In this document: positions 1-12,044 of the stretch, one piece after another | Layout: each line of letters starts with the position of its first letter | Position numbering within the stretch: the first letter of the stretch is position 1 | Assembly (NCBI GenBank): GCA_963766715.1 | Contig: CAVYBH010000011.1 | Location: 32,001-96,000, forward strand | DNA from: an uncultured delta proteobacterium | Lineage (GTDB): Bacteria; Myxococcota; Myxococcia; Myxococcales; Anaeromyxobacteraceae | DNA length: 64,000 nucleotides | Reading direction: 5' to 3' | Notes under the pieces: model-generated | What the model saw: the letters and a program-made list of their open reading frames with translations, nothing else | Told to the model about the DNA's origin: nothing | The model's database searches: none | Translations under genes and position numbers: made by a program

Positions 1-1862
<1,862 letters not shown>

Positions 1863-1883
1863 CCGCCAGGGACGGGGAACGCC

Positions 1884-2285
1884 ATGGCCGCACTGACCCT
1901 CGAGATCGTCACGCCGGAGCGGCGCGTCGCCACGATGCAGGCCGACGAGGTCCGCGCGCCCGGCGTGCTGGGCGGCTTCGGCATCCGCAAGGACCACACG
2001 CCGTTCATGTCGCAGCTGGCGCCCGGCCGGCTCACCATCGTCGACGGCGCCCGCGAGATCCACTACGCCATCGGCGGGGGCTTCCTGCAGGTGGCCGACA
2101 ACAAGGTGATCGTGCTCGCCGACAGCGCGGAGGAGCGCGAGGAGATCGACGTCGAGCGGGCGAAGAAGGCCTTCACCGAGTCGACCGAGCGGCTGCGCAA
2201 GCTCACCGAGCAGGACGAGAACTACCCCGAGGAGTCGGCGCGCGTGCGCCGCGCCACGGCCCGTCTCGACGTTGCCGGAAGGTGA
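1884..2285 (+). CDS. atpC: ATP synthase F1 epsilon subunit
   Basis: LEIVTPER...GGFGIRKDHTP...GGFLQV...VLADSAE..EEIDVERA; follows atpD. Confidence 0.96.
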   Translation: MAALTLEIVTPERRVATMQADEVRAPGVLGGFGIRKDHTPFMSQLAPGRLTIVDGAREIHYAIGGGFLQVADNKVIVLADSAEEREEIDVERAKKAFTESTERLRKLTEQDENYPEESARVRRATARLDVAGR

Positions 2286-2315
2286 ACCGGGGCCCCCGGG
2301 CCCCGCTCGATTCCC

Positions 2316-2350
2316 GAAGGCCCCGCCGGCACCCTGCCGGCGGGGCTTTC
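2316..2350 (+). terminator. Probable intrinsic terminator after atpC
   Basis: Stem GAAGGCCCCGCCGGCA-ccc-TGCCGGCGGGGCTTTC (one G-U pair) ending in a short U tract; a second hairpin CGGGGCCC-cc-GGGCCCCG at 2288-2305. Confidence 0.7.
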
Positions 2351-2353
2351 TCG

Positions 2354-2382
2354 TTGAAATTCCTGCAAGATTCGGCTAGATA
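2354..2382 (+). promoter_or_regulatory. Possible sigma70 promoter for gyrA
   Basis: TTGAAA-17 nt-TAGATA in an AT-richer intergenic patch; weak -10. Confidence 0.35.
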
Positions 2383-2439
2383 AGAGGGTCCCGTTCGAGG
2401 GCCCTCCCGCCACCGCGGAACGCCCCCGGCGACCCCAAA

Positions 2440-5108
2440 ATGGCCGAAGACATCCTCCCGCCCGTCCCGCCCGAGGCGCCGCCTCCGGCGCCGCCCCCCG
2501 AGGCCCCGCGTCAGCAGGTGGCCATCGAGGACGAGATGCGCCGTTCGTATCTCGACTACTCGATGTCGGTCATCATCGGGCGCGCGCTGCCCGACGTCCG
2601 CGACGGCCTGAAGCCGGTGCACCGGCGCGTCCTCTACGCCATGCACTCGGAGGGGCTGCACCACAACAAGCGCTACTCCAAGTGCGCCGGCGTGGTGGGC
2701 GAGGTGCTGAAGAAGTACCACCCCCACGGCGACTCCTCGGTCTACGACGCGCTGGTGCGCCTCGCGCAGGACTGGAACCTGCGCTACCCGCTCATCGACG
2801 GGCAGGGCAACTTCGGCTCGGTCGACGGCGACCCGGCCGCCGCCTACCGGTACACCGAGTCGCGCCTCGAGAAGCTGGCCGACTACCTGCTCGCCGACAT
2901 CGACAAGGAGACCGTCGACTGGGCGCCCAACTTCGACGACTCCACCGTCGAGCCCACCGTGCTCCCGGCCCGGTTCCCGAACCTGCTCGTGAACGGCTCG
3001 GCGGGCATCGCGGTCGGCATGGCCACCAACATCCCGCCCCACAACATGGGCGAGGTGATCTCGGCGGCCATCCACCTGATGCGCAATCCCAAGGCCACGG
3101 TGGCGGAGCTGATGCGGTTCATCCCCGGCCCCGACTTCCCCACGTCCGGGATGATCCTGGGGCGGGACGGGATCCGCCAGGCCTACGAGACCGGCCGCGG
3201 GAGCATCACCGTGCGGGCCCGGGCCACCGTCGAGGTGCACCCCAAGACCGAGCGGGAGAGCATCGTCGTCACCGAGATCCCCTACCAGGTGAACAAGGCG
3301 CGGCTGGTGGAGAGCATCGCCGACCTGGTCCGCGAGAAGCGCATCGAGGGCATCTCCGACCTGCGCGACGAGTCCTCCCGCGAGGGCATGCGGGTGGTGA
3401 TCGAGCTGAAGCGGGACGCGATGGCGCAGGTGGTGCTGAACAACCTCTACCAGCACACCACCCTGCAGACCGGCTTCGGCATCATCATGCTGGCCATCGA
3501 CGGCGGCCAGCCGCGCACGCTCACGCTGAAGCAGATGCTGGAGCGCTTCGTCGCCCACCGGCGCGACGTGGTCACCCGGCGCACCCGCTTCGAGCTGAAG
3601 CAGGCCCGGGCCCGCGAGCACATCCTGCTCGGCCTGCAGATCGCGCTCGACCACATCGACGAGATCATCGAGCTCATCCGCAAGGCCCCCGACCGCGAGA
3701 GCGCGCGCGAGGAGCTGCAGTCCCGCTTCTCGCTCTCCGAGATCCAGGCCAAGGCCATCCTCGAGATGCAGCTGCAGCGCCTCACCGGGCTGGAGCGGCA
3801 GAAGATCATCGACGAGCTGGCCGAGGTGCAGAAGCTCATCGCCCGGCTCCGCGAGATCCTGGCGTCGGAGAAGGTGCTGCTCGACGTGATCGTGGGCGAG
3901 CTCGAGGAGGTCAAGGAGCTCTTCTCCGACGAGCGGCGCACCGAGATCCTGGGCGCCGCCGCCGACCTGAACGTCGAGGACCTCATCAAGGAAGAGGAGA
4001 TGGTGGTCACCGTCTCCCACGCCGGCTACGTGAAGCGGAACCCCATCTCGCTCTACCGGGCGCAGCGCCGGGGAGGGAAGGGGAAGACCGGCGCGGCCAC
4101 GCGCGACGAGGACTTCCTCGAGAACCTCTTCGTCGCCTCCACCCACTCCTACCTGCTCGTCTTCTCCGACAAGGGGAAGGTGTACTGGCTGAAGGTGCAC
4201 GAGATCCCGCAGGCCGGGCGCGCGGCGCGCGGCAAGCCCATCGTGAACCTGGTGCAGCTGTCGCAGGGCGAGAAGGTGGCCGCCATCCTGCCGGTGCGCG
4301 AGCTGCCGGCGCCGGCCGCCGCGAGCGGTCCGGACGACGGGGAAGGGGAGGGGGAGGGCGAGGAGTCCGCGCCGCCGACACCTTCGTCTTCGCCGCCACC
4401 CGCCGCGGCCTGGTGAAGAAGACGCCGCTCACGGCCTACGCCCGTCCGCGCCCGTCCGGGATCATCGCCCTCTCCATCGAGGAAGGGGACAGCCTCATCG
4501 CCGCCCGCATCACCGACGGCAAGGGGCACATCCTCCTCTCCACCGCGCAGGGCATGGCCATCCGCTTCGAGGAGTCGGAGGTCCGCCCCATGGGGCGCGG
4601 CGCCTACGGCGTGAAGGGCATCAGCCTCGACGAGGGGGACGAGGTGGTGAGCGCCGAGTCGCTCCCGCCGACGCAGGAGGGGGCGATCGCCGCCACCATC
4701 CTCTCCGTCACCGCCAACGGCTACGGCAAGCGCACCGAGCTCTCCGAGTACCGGGTCCAGAGCCGCGGCGGCAAGGGCATCATCACCATCAAGGCCACCG
4801 AGCGGAACGGGCAGGTGGTGGCCGCGCTGCCGGTGGTCGAGGCCGACGAGGTGATGCTCATCACCAACCGGGGCATGCTCATCCGGATGCCGGCCGGGCA
4901 GATCAGCCTCATCGGCCGCAACACCCAGGGCGTGCGCCTCATCACCGTCGAGTCGCGCGAGGAGCAGGTGGCCGGCGTGGCCCGCGTGGCCGAGAACGTG
5001 GCGGTCGCCGGCGAGGGCGGCGAGGCCGCCGCCGGCGATCCCCTGGCCGACGAGGGCGGGGACGAGGACGCAGGCGGCGACGGGAGCCCGGAGGGCGAGC
5101 CGGCTTGA
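2440..5108 (+). CDS. gyrA: DNA gyrase subunit A (one apparent frameshift near 4370)
   Basis: [38 protein letters not shown], catalytic AAYRYTE and GyrA-box QRRGGKG; pinwheel CTD continues in the 2682..5108 frame after ~4370. Confidence 0.96.
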
Positions 5109-5985
5109 GGGCGCGGCGAAGTTCCGCGCTGGCCGCGGCGCTCTGCGCCCTCGCCCTGCTCGCGACGGGCTGCAGCTCCCCGGACGGGAAGCTGGAGGCC
5201 GCCAACGCGCTCCGGCACCAGGGGAAGGCAGCAGGAGGCGCTGGCCGCCTACCGCGAGATCCTGGGCGAGCTCGGCGACGGCACCATCCCGCGGTGGGAG
5301 ACCGGCGTGCGCCTCAAGGCGCTGCAGTACGCCGCCGACGTCTCCTACCTCGACCTGGGCGACTACCTGGGAGCCATCGGCTACTACCGGCGGATCGTCT
5401 CGCTCTACCCGGGCACCGACGACGCCTGGAAGGCGCGCGCCGCCATCGGCGACATCTACGCCCAGCGGCTCGGCGACCCGCGGGCCGCCATCACGCAGTA
5501 CGCGGCGGTGGCCCAGGGCGACTCCCGGGACGCGCCGCGCTTCCAGCTGCTGGTGGCCCGGCAGTACCTCGAGCTGAAGAACTTCGAGCAGGCGCGCACC
5601 GAGGCCCGCATCCTCCGCGAGCGGTGGCCGCAGAGCCCGGAGGCCGACGACGCCCAGCTCCTCACGGCGCAGGCCTGGTCGCTCGAGGACCGGCCCGAGG
5701 AGGCGCTCGGCGCCTTCCAGGCCGCCGTCGGACCGGCGCCCCCGCCCGGAGATCGCGGCGCTGGCGCTGGAGGGAGCCGCGCAGATCCAGGCCCGGGCCG
5801 GAAGGTTCGACAAGGCCATCGAGTTGTACACGCAGGCCATGCCCGGCCACCCCAACCCCGATGCACTCCGGACCAACATCGACAAGGTCCGGGAGCGGCG
5901 TGAGGCCGCGAAGACCGTGACCCCCGGCGACCGAGACGCAGCCCTCGACCACAACGTCCGGGGGCGGACCAAGGAGATCCCGTGA
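5105..5985 (+). CDS. TPR-repeat lipoprotein (two apparent frameshifts near 5230 and 5740)
   Basis: Lipobox LATG-C after a hydrophobic signal; TPR-like helices (AIGYYRRIVSLYPGT, ARTEARILRERWPQS); overlaps gyrA stop (TTGA) and hemL start (GTGA). Confidence 0.7.
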
Positions 5986-7271
5986 AGACCGACCTGTCGC
6001 AGAAGCTCTTCCAGAAGGCCCAGACCCTCTTCCCGGGCGGCGTGAACAGCCCGGTGCGCGCCTTCCGGAGCGTGGGGATGACGCCGCTCTTCATCTCCCG
6101 GGCCAAGGGCTCGAAGATCTTCGACGTCGACGGGAACGTCTTCGTCGACTACGTGGGCAGCTGGGGCCCGGCCATCCTCGGCCACGCCAACGTCGAGGTG
6201 ATCCGGGAGGTCGACGAGCAGCTGCGCAACGGCTCCAGCTTCGGCGCCCCCTCGCCGCGGGAGATCCAGCTGGCCGAGGTGGTCCGCGAGCGGGCTCCCT
6301 GGATCGAGAAGATGCGCTTCGTCTCCTCCGGGACCGAGGCCACCACCGCCGCCATCCGGCTGGCCCGCGGGTTCACGGGGCGCGACGACATCCTCAAGTT
6401 CGACGGCTGCTACCACGGCGCCGGCGATCCGCTGCTCGTGAAGGCCGGCTCCGGGGTGGAGACGCTCGGCCTGCCCGACTCGCCGGGCGTCCCGGCCGAC
6501 GTGGCCCGCCACACCCTCACGCTCCCCTACAACGACCTGCCGGCGGTGGAGAAGCTGCTCGCCGAGCGGGGCGCCTCCATCGCCTGCATCATCGTCGAGC
6601 CGGTGGTGGGGAACATGGGCGTGCTCGTCCCCCGGCCCGGGTATCTCCAGGGGCTCCTCGACCTCGCCCGCAAGCACGGGACGCTGCTCATCATCGACGA
6701 GGTCATGACCGGCTTCCGGCTGGCGCCGGGCGGCGCCTGCGAGGTCTACGGGATCCGTCCCGACCTCGTCACCTTCGGCAAGGTGATCGGCGGCGGGCTC
6801 CCGGTCGGCGCGTTCGGCGGCCGCCCGGACGTGATGGACCGGATCGCCCCGGCCGGCCCGGTCTACCAGGCCGGAACCCTCTCCGGGAACCCGCTCGCCA
6901 TGTCGGCGGGCATCGCCACCCTCCGGCAGCTCGGCCCGGCCCAGTACGCCCGGCTGGAGCAGCTCGGCCAGAAGCTCGAGGCCGGGCTGGTCGAGGCGGC
7001 GCGGGAGGCCGGGGCGAAGGTGCAGGTCAACCGGGTGGGGTCGATGATCACGGTCTTCTTCTCGCCCGACCCGGTCTTCGACGCGGCCAGCGCCCGGAAG
7101 GCCGACACGAAGAAATTCGCCAAGTATTTCCAGGTGATGCTCGAGAACGGCATCTACCTGCCGCCCTCCCAGTTCGAGGCGGCCTTCCTCTCGACCTCCC
7201 ACACCGACGAGGACGTCGAGGCGACGGTGGCGGCGGCCCGGAAGGCCTTCGCCGAGGCCGTGAAGGCCTAG
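5982..7271 (+). CDS. hemL: Glutamate-1-semialdehyde 2,1-aminomutase
   Basis: PGGVNSPVRAF, FVSSGTEAT, GCYHG, DEVMTGFR, PLP lysine in TFGKVIGGGLPVGA, YQAGTLSGNP. Confidence 0.98.
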   Translation: MKTDLSQKLFQKAQTLFPGGVNSPVRAFRSVGMTPLFISRAKGSKIFDVDGNVFVDYVGSWGPAILGHANVEVIREVDEQLRNGSSFGAPSPREIQLAEVVRERAPWIEKMRFVSSGTEATTAAIRLARGFTGRDDILKFDGCYHGAGDPLLVKAGSGVETLGLPDSPGVPADVARHTLTLPYNDLPAVEKLLAERGASIACIIVEPVVGNMGVLVPRPGYLQGLLDLARKHGTLLIIDEVMTGFRLAPGGACEVYGIRPDLVTFGKVIGGGLPVGAFGGRPDVMDRIAPAGPVYQAGTLSGNPLAMSAGIATLRQLGPAQYARLEQLGQKLEAGLVEAAREAGAKVQVNRVGSMITVFFSPDPVFDAASARKADTKKFAKYFQVMLENGIYLPPSQFEAAFLSTSHTDEDVEATVAAARKAFAEAVKA

Positions 7272-7293
7272 CCCGGGAGGCGGTCCGGCGGCA

Positions 7294-7322
7294 TTGACGG
7301 GTTCGGGCGGGACTGCTATACG
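7294..7322 (+). promoter_or_regulatory. Sigma70-type promoter for the Fo operon
   Basis: TTGACG-17 nt-TATACG with an extended -10 TG at 7314-7315. Confidence 0.65.
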
Positions 7323-7383
7323 GTTCCGCCCTTCCTCTCGGTATTCACAGGAGAATCCGGGAGAGAGGGCTGGAGGAAACCCG

Positions 7384-7647
7384 ATGACCCCGGACGATCC
7401 AAAGCGTCGCGGGGAGGACGAGGACGGGCTTTCGAACCTGGCCTCGGCCTACCAGAAGGCGGGTCCGTACATCGGGGCCTCGACGACGCTGGTCGCTTCG
7501 GTCGGCCTGTTCGCGGCGGCCGGGTGGTGGATCGACAAGAAGGTCGGTACCGAGAAGCCCTGGTTCCTCATCGCCGGGTCGCTCCTCGGGATGTTGGGCG
7601 GTTTCATCAGCTTCTTTCGGCAGGTCCTGGGAAAGCAGAAGAAGTGA
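7384..7647 (+). CDS. AtpZ/AtpI-family ATP synthase accessory membrane protein
   Basis: Two TM helices with AGWWIDKKVGTEKPWFLIAGSLLG, typical of the first gene of atp operons. Confidence 0.8.
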   Translation: MTPDDPKRRGEDEDGLSNLASAYQKAGPYIGASTTLVASVGLFAAAGWWIDKKVGTEKPWFLIAGSLLGMLGGFISFFRQVLGKQKK

Positions 7648-8016
7648 AGAGCCACCTCCTCGCTGCCGCCGGCGTCGCGGCCCTCGCCCTCGGCGTCGCG
7701 GCCCTCTCCGGGGATGCGCGCCGGCCGGCGCTCATCGGCGCGGCCATCTCCTGCGGCACCGGCCTGGCCTCGCTGGCCGGCTTCGGCCACTTCGGGAAGA
7801 GCGCCGTCGCAGCCGGTCCAGAAGGCGCTGCTCGTCTTCGCCGCCATGTTCTTCGCCCGCCTGGTCCTCGTCGGCGCCGGCGTGGCCGCGGTGGCCCGCG
7901 CCCACGAGAGCGTGCTGGCCTTCGTGATCGCCTTCTTCGTTCCGTACTTCGCATTCACCGCGATCGAGGGGAGCTACGTCAGCGCCCTCGGCCGCGGCAT
8001 GGGGAAGCCCGCATGA
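7644..8016 (+). CDS. AtpI-like membrane protein (apparent frameshift near 7805)
   Basis: Four hydrophobic segments; sits between the atpZ-like gene and atpB with overlapping start/stop codons. Confidence 0.6.
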
Positions 8017-9163
8017 CGCTCGCATCCGTCGCCCTCGTCCTCGGCCTGGCCCTCGGCCAGCACGATCCCGCTCCGGCGGTGCCCGCTCCCGCGCCCCACG
8101 GCGCGTCGGCCACCGTGGAGCACGCGGCGCCGGCCCCCCAGGGCGCGGTCGACGCGCACGCCGTCGATGCGCACGCCGCCCCGGCCGCCCACGGCGAGGC
8201 GCTCCGCACGGGGAGGCCGCCGGGCACGGCGGGGGCCACTCGCTTCCCGAGACGATGATGCACCACGTGGCGAACGGCTACGTGATCGAGTACCCGGGGA
8301 TGTGCGACGGCCACTTCGCGTGGAACTGCGAGCTCGACCTCGTGAAGGCCACCGGCGGCGGCTGGAAGATCCACATCGGCACCGCGACCCTCGACATGAC
8401 CCCGTCGAAGCACGTGGTGATGATGCTCATCGCCGCCGCGCTCGTCACGCTCCTGCTCGTCGTCGCCGCCCGCAAGCGCAGCCTGGTCCCGACCGGCCTC
8501 TACAACTTCATCGAGCTGCTCGTCGAGTTCGTCCGCGACATCGCCATCTCCAACATCGGCAAGAAGGACGGGGATCGCTTCGTCCCGTACCTCGCCACCG
8601 CCTTCTTCTTCATCCTGGCGATGAACCTGCTCGGGCTCATCCCCTTCATGGGAACGGCCACCGCCAACGTCTCGGTGACGGTGGCGCTCGCCCTCTTCAC
8701 CTTCTTCATCACCCAGTTCGCGGCCATCAAGTCGATGGGCTGGAAGGGCTACCTGGGCCACCTCACCGGCGGCGTGCCGAAGTCGCTCGCCCCCCTGTGG
8801 ATCATCATGATCCCGGTCGAGTTCCTGGGGCTCTTCACCAAGCCCTTCGCCCTCACCGTCCGTCTCTTCGCGAACATGGTGGCCGGCCACTTCGTCATCC
8901 TGGCCCTGCTCGGCCTCATCTTCGCCATCTCGGTCTGGGTGGCGCCGGTCTCGGTGGCGCTGGCGCTCGGCATCTTCATGCTCGAGCTCTTCGTGGCCTT
9001 CGTGCAGGCCTACATCTTCACCATGCTGTCGGCGCTCTTCATCGGCGCCGGGCTCCAGCACCACGGACACGACGAGCACCACGACGACGATCACGGTCAC
9101 GCCGGTCACGGCGAGGCCGCTCACGCTTCTCACGCGGCCGGGAAGGCTCCCGGCCACGGGTAG
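8013..9163 (+). CDS. atpB: ATP synthase Fo a subunit (apparent frameshifts in the His-rich N-terminal extension near 8205-8250)
   Basis: [26 protein letters not shown] (essential Arg), [15 protein letters not shown]. Confidence 0.95.
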
Positions 9164-9240
9164 TCGAGCGCAGCACGCGCCACGGGACCGACGGGCGGCC
9201 CGACACGCACCGCCCCACGACGAACGGAACGGAAAACCAC

Positions 9241-9471
9241 ATGAACGCTCTCTCCCTCGGTTACCTCGCCGCCGGCCTCGGCGCCGGCATGGCCGTCATC
9301 GGTGCAGGCCTCGGCATCGGCAAGCTCGCCGCCGCCGCCATGGACGGCTCGGCCCGCCAGCCCACCGCCGCCGGCGACATCCGCACCTCGATGATCATCG
9401 CCGCCGCCCTCATCGAAGGCGCCACGCTGTTCGCCGTCGTGGTCTGCCTGCTCCTCGCCATCGCCAAGTAG
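9241..9471 (+). CDS. atpE: ATP synthase Fo c subunit, H+-type
   Basis: GAGLGIG...ARQP loop...AALIEGATLF; lacks the Gln/Glu-Ser-Thr Na+-binding signature. Confidence 0.96.
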   Translation: MNALSLGYLAAGLGAGMAVIGAGLGIGKLAAAAMDGSARQPTAAGDIRTSMIIAAALIEGATLFAVVVCLLLAIAK

Positions 9472-9502
9472 TCCGGCGCAACTCGCGCCCCGGAGAAGCC
9501 GG

Positions 9503-10030
9503 ATGAACGCACTCGCATCCCCCGTGCTCGCCGCCGGGATCATGGATCTCAATCCCGGCCTGACGCTGTGGACGGCGATCACGTTCCTCGTCCTCATCTT
9601 CGTGCTGTGGAAGTTCGCCTTCGGGCCCATCTCGAAGATGCTCGTGGAGCGGGAGACCACCATCCGCGACTCCATCGACTCGGCCCGCAAGGAGCGCGAG
9701 GAGGCGGAGAAGCTGCTCGCGCAGCAGAAGGACGCCCTCCTCAAGGCGCAGCGCGAGGCCGCCGAGCTCGCCAAGCGGAACCAGATGGAGATGGAGGCCT
9801 TCCGCACGCAGCTCACGGCCCAGGCCAAGAAGGAGGCCGACGACCTCGTGACCTCCGCGCGGAAGACGATCCAGGAGGAGAAGAAGCTCGCGGTGAGCCA
9901 GCTTCGCGCCGAGGTGGCCGACCTGGCCGTCGCGGCCGCGGCCCGCATCGTGAAGTCCAGCCTGGACGAGAAGACGCAGCGGCAGCTGGTCGACGAGTAC
10001 ATCAAGGACCTTCCCGCCGGCCGGGCCTAG
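9503..10030 (+). CDS. atpF: ATP synthase Fo b subunit
   Basis: N-terminal TM LWTAITFLVLIFVLWKFAFGPI..MLVERE followed by a long charged coiled coil. Confidence 0.95.
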   Translation: MNALASPVLAAGIMDLNPGLTLWTAITFLVLIFVLWKFAFGPISKMLVERETTIRDSIDSARKEREEAEKLLAQQKDALLKAQREAAELAKRNQMEMEAFRTQLTAQAKKEADDLVTSARKTIQEEKKLAVSQLRAEVADLAVAAAARIVKSSLDEKTQRQLVDEYIKDLPAGRA

Positions 10031-10053
10031 ACCCGGACGGCAGTCCTCGCGCG

Positions 10054-10091
10054 GCTCCGGCGGACGACCGTCCGCCGGAGCTTCGCTTTTT
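10054..10091 (+). terminator. Intrinsic terminator after atpF
   Basis: Perfect inverted repeat GCTCCGGCGGACG-ac-CGTCCGCCGGAGC followed by TTCGCTTTTT. Confidence 0.8.
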
Positions 10092-10111
10092 CACGGAGTG
10101 AATCGCACACC

Positions 10112-11222
10112 ATGGGTCTCGCCATCGGAATCGTCGGCCTGCCGAACGTCGGCAAGTCGACCCTCTTCAACGCGTTGCTCGGCCAGGCGCAGGCCCAGGC
10201 GGCCAACTACCCGTTCTGCACCATCGACCCGAACGTCGGGGTGGTGCCGGTGCCGGACGAGCGCCTCGTGCAGCTCGCCGCCCTCTTCCACCCGATGAAG
10301 ACCGTCCCCACCACGCTCGAGTTCGTCGACATCGCCGGGCTGGTGGCCGGCGCGTCGAAGGGGGAGGGGCTGGGGAACCAGTTCCTCTCCCACATCCGCC
10401 AGGTGGACGCGATCGCCCACGTGCTGCGCTGCTTCGCCGATCCCGACGTGGTCCACGTCGGCGGCAAGGTGGACCCGCGCGGCGACCGGGACGTGGTCGA
10501 GACCGAGCTCATGCTGAAGGACCTCGAGCAGATCGAGCGCCGGCGCGAGCGGAAGGCGAAGGAGGCCAAGGCGCCGGGCAAGCCGGGCGAGCTCGCCAAG
10601 GCCGAGATCGCGGTGCTCGACGAGGTGAAGGCCGGCCTGGAGAAGGGGACCCCGGTGCGGCTGCAGAAGCTCGCGCCCGAGGCGCTCGTCATCCTCTCCG
10701 ACCTCTTCCTCCTCACCGGGAAGCCGGTGCTCTACATCGCCAACGTGGACGAGGACCAGCTCACCCGCGCCGACGACCCGACGGTGGCGAAGGTGAAGGA
10801 GCTGGCCGCCGAGGAGGGAGCCCGCTGCGTCGTCATCAGCGGGAAGGTGGAGGCCGAGCTCTCCGAGCTGCCCGAGGGCGGAGCGCCTCGACTTCCTGCA
10901 CAGCCTGGGGCTCGAGCAGCCGGGGCTGAACCGGCTGGTCCGCACCGGCTACGAGCTGCTCGGCCTCTCCACCTTCTTCACGGTGGGCGTGGACGAGTGC
11001 CGGGCCTGGACCATCCACGACGGGATGTCCGCGCCGCAGGCGGCCGGCACCATCCACACCGACTTCGAGCGCGGCTTCATCAAGGCCGACGTGCAGCGGT
11101 GGGAGGACCTGGTGCAGCTCAAGACCGAGGCGGCCGTGAAGGAGAAGGGGCTGCTCCGCATCGAGGGCAAGGAGTACCGGGTGAAGGACGGCGACGTGAT
11201 GCACTTCCGATTCAACGTGTGA
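10112..11222 (+). CDS. ychF: Redox-regulated ATPase YchF (apparent frameshift near 10880)
   Basis: [54 protein letters not shown]-terminal [19 protein letters not shown]. Confidence 0.96.
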
Positions 11223-11239
11223 GACCGGGCGGCGCCCCG

Positions 11240-12040
11240 CTACCTGGCCAGCCAGCCGATCTCCCGCGCGGTGGCCGCCCCGACCCGGAGCTCGTCGAGG
11301 GTCTCGGGAGCCGCCCCCGCTCCGGCCCGAGCGCCACCTCTCCCGCCATCCACTCCGCGTGATCCTGCGGATACCGCGGGACGCGCTCCGGGTCGGCCAG
11401 GCCGTCCGGCTCGCGCGCGTGCCCGCTCCCGTCGTACTTGTCCGTCGCGCCGACCATGTGGAGCAGCTCGTGCCCCACCACCTGCAGCGGGATGGTGAGG
11501 TCGCCGGACGCCGATCCCCGGACGAAGGCCACCTCGCCGTTCAGCGCGCCGGACCCCTCGGCGAACACCATGTCGCGGCCCTGCACGGGCGCCGCCTGGA
11601 AGAACACGCGGACGTCGAAGCCGCCCACGACGCCTCCCGCGGCCGAGTCGATCCCGCGCACGGTTCGCCAGACGTCGAGCGCGTGCCAGGCCCGGTCCGA
11701 CGCCGCCGACGTCGGCGGAGAGAACGGAAGCGTCCCGGTCCAGGGAACCGGACCGACCACGGAGAACTCGAAGGGCGCGGCCTCGCCGCCCCGGTACCGG
11801 TGCATCTCCTCGCCGAGCCGCGCGGAGAGGCGGGCGGCGTCGCGCCGCCAGGCGTCCATGTCCACGGCGCCGGCCGGCGCGAGCAGCACGATCCCCACCT
11901 GGAGCGGGCGCTCCCAGTGGGCGCGCAGCCGGCGCCGGTAGGCGGTCGAGGCGCCCCAGGCCGCGGTGAAGGCCAGCACGCCGAGGAGGAGGCGCGATCC
12001 GGACCTTCCGGAAGGTGGCGCGGGAGGTCGAGGGAGCCAC
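11240..12040 (-). CDS. Membrane-anchored putative zinc metallopeptidase (apparent frameshifts near both ends)
   Basis: N-terminal TM; HELLHMVGATD matches HExxHxxGxxD; downstream EWMAG could be a Met-turn. Confidence 0.55.
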   Translation of the reverse strand: MAPSTSRATFRKVRIAPPPRRAGLHRGLGRLDRLPAPAARPLGAPAPGGDRAARAGRRRGHGRLAARRRPPLRAARRGDAPVPGRRGRALRVLRGRSGSLDRDASVLSADVGGVGPGLARARRLANRARDRLGRGRRRGRLRRPRVLPGGARAGPRHGVRRGVRRAERRGGLRPGIGVRRPHHPAAGGGARAAPHGRRDGQVRRERARARAGRPGRPGARPAVSAGSRGVDGGRGGARAGAGAAPETLDELRVGAATAREIGWLAR

Positions 12041-12044
12041 TGCG

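Noticed and set aside
4340..4416. Programmed frameshift or truncated GyrA (also considered for ychF, atpB and cheW)
   Set aside because: No consistent slippery site or stimulatory structure; the window-wide indel pattern points to sequencing error.
9241..9471. Na+-coupled ATP synthase, considered because of the nearby mPPase
   Set aside because: The c subunit reads IEGAT and lacks the Na+-binding Gln/Glu-Ser-Thr set.
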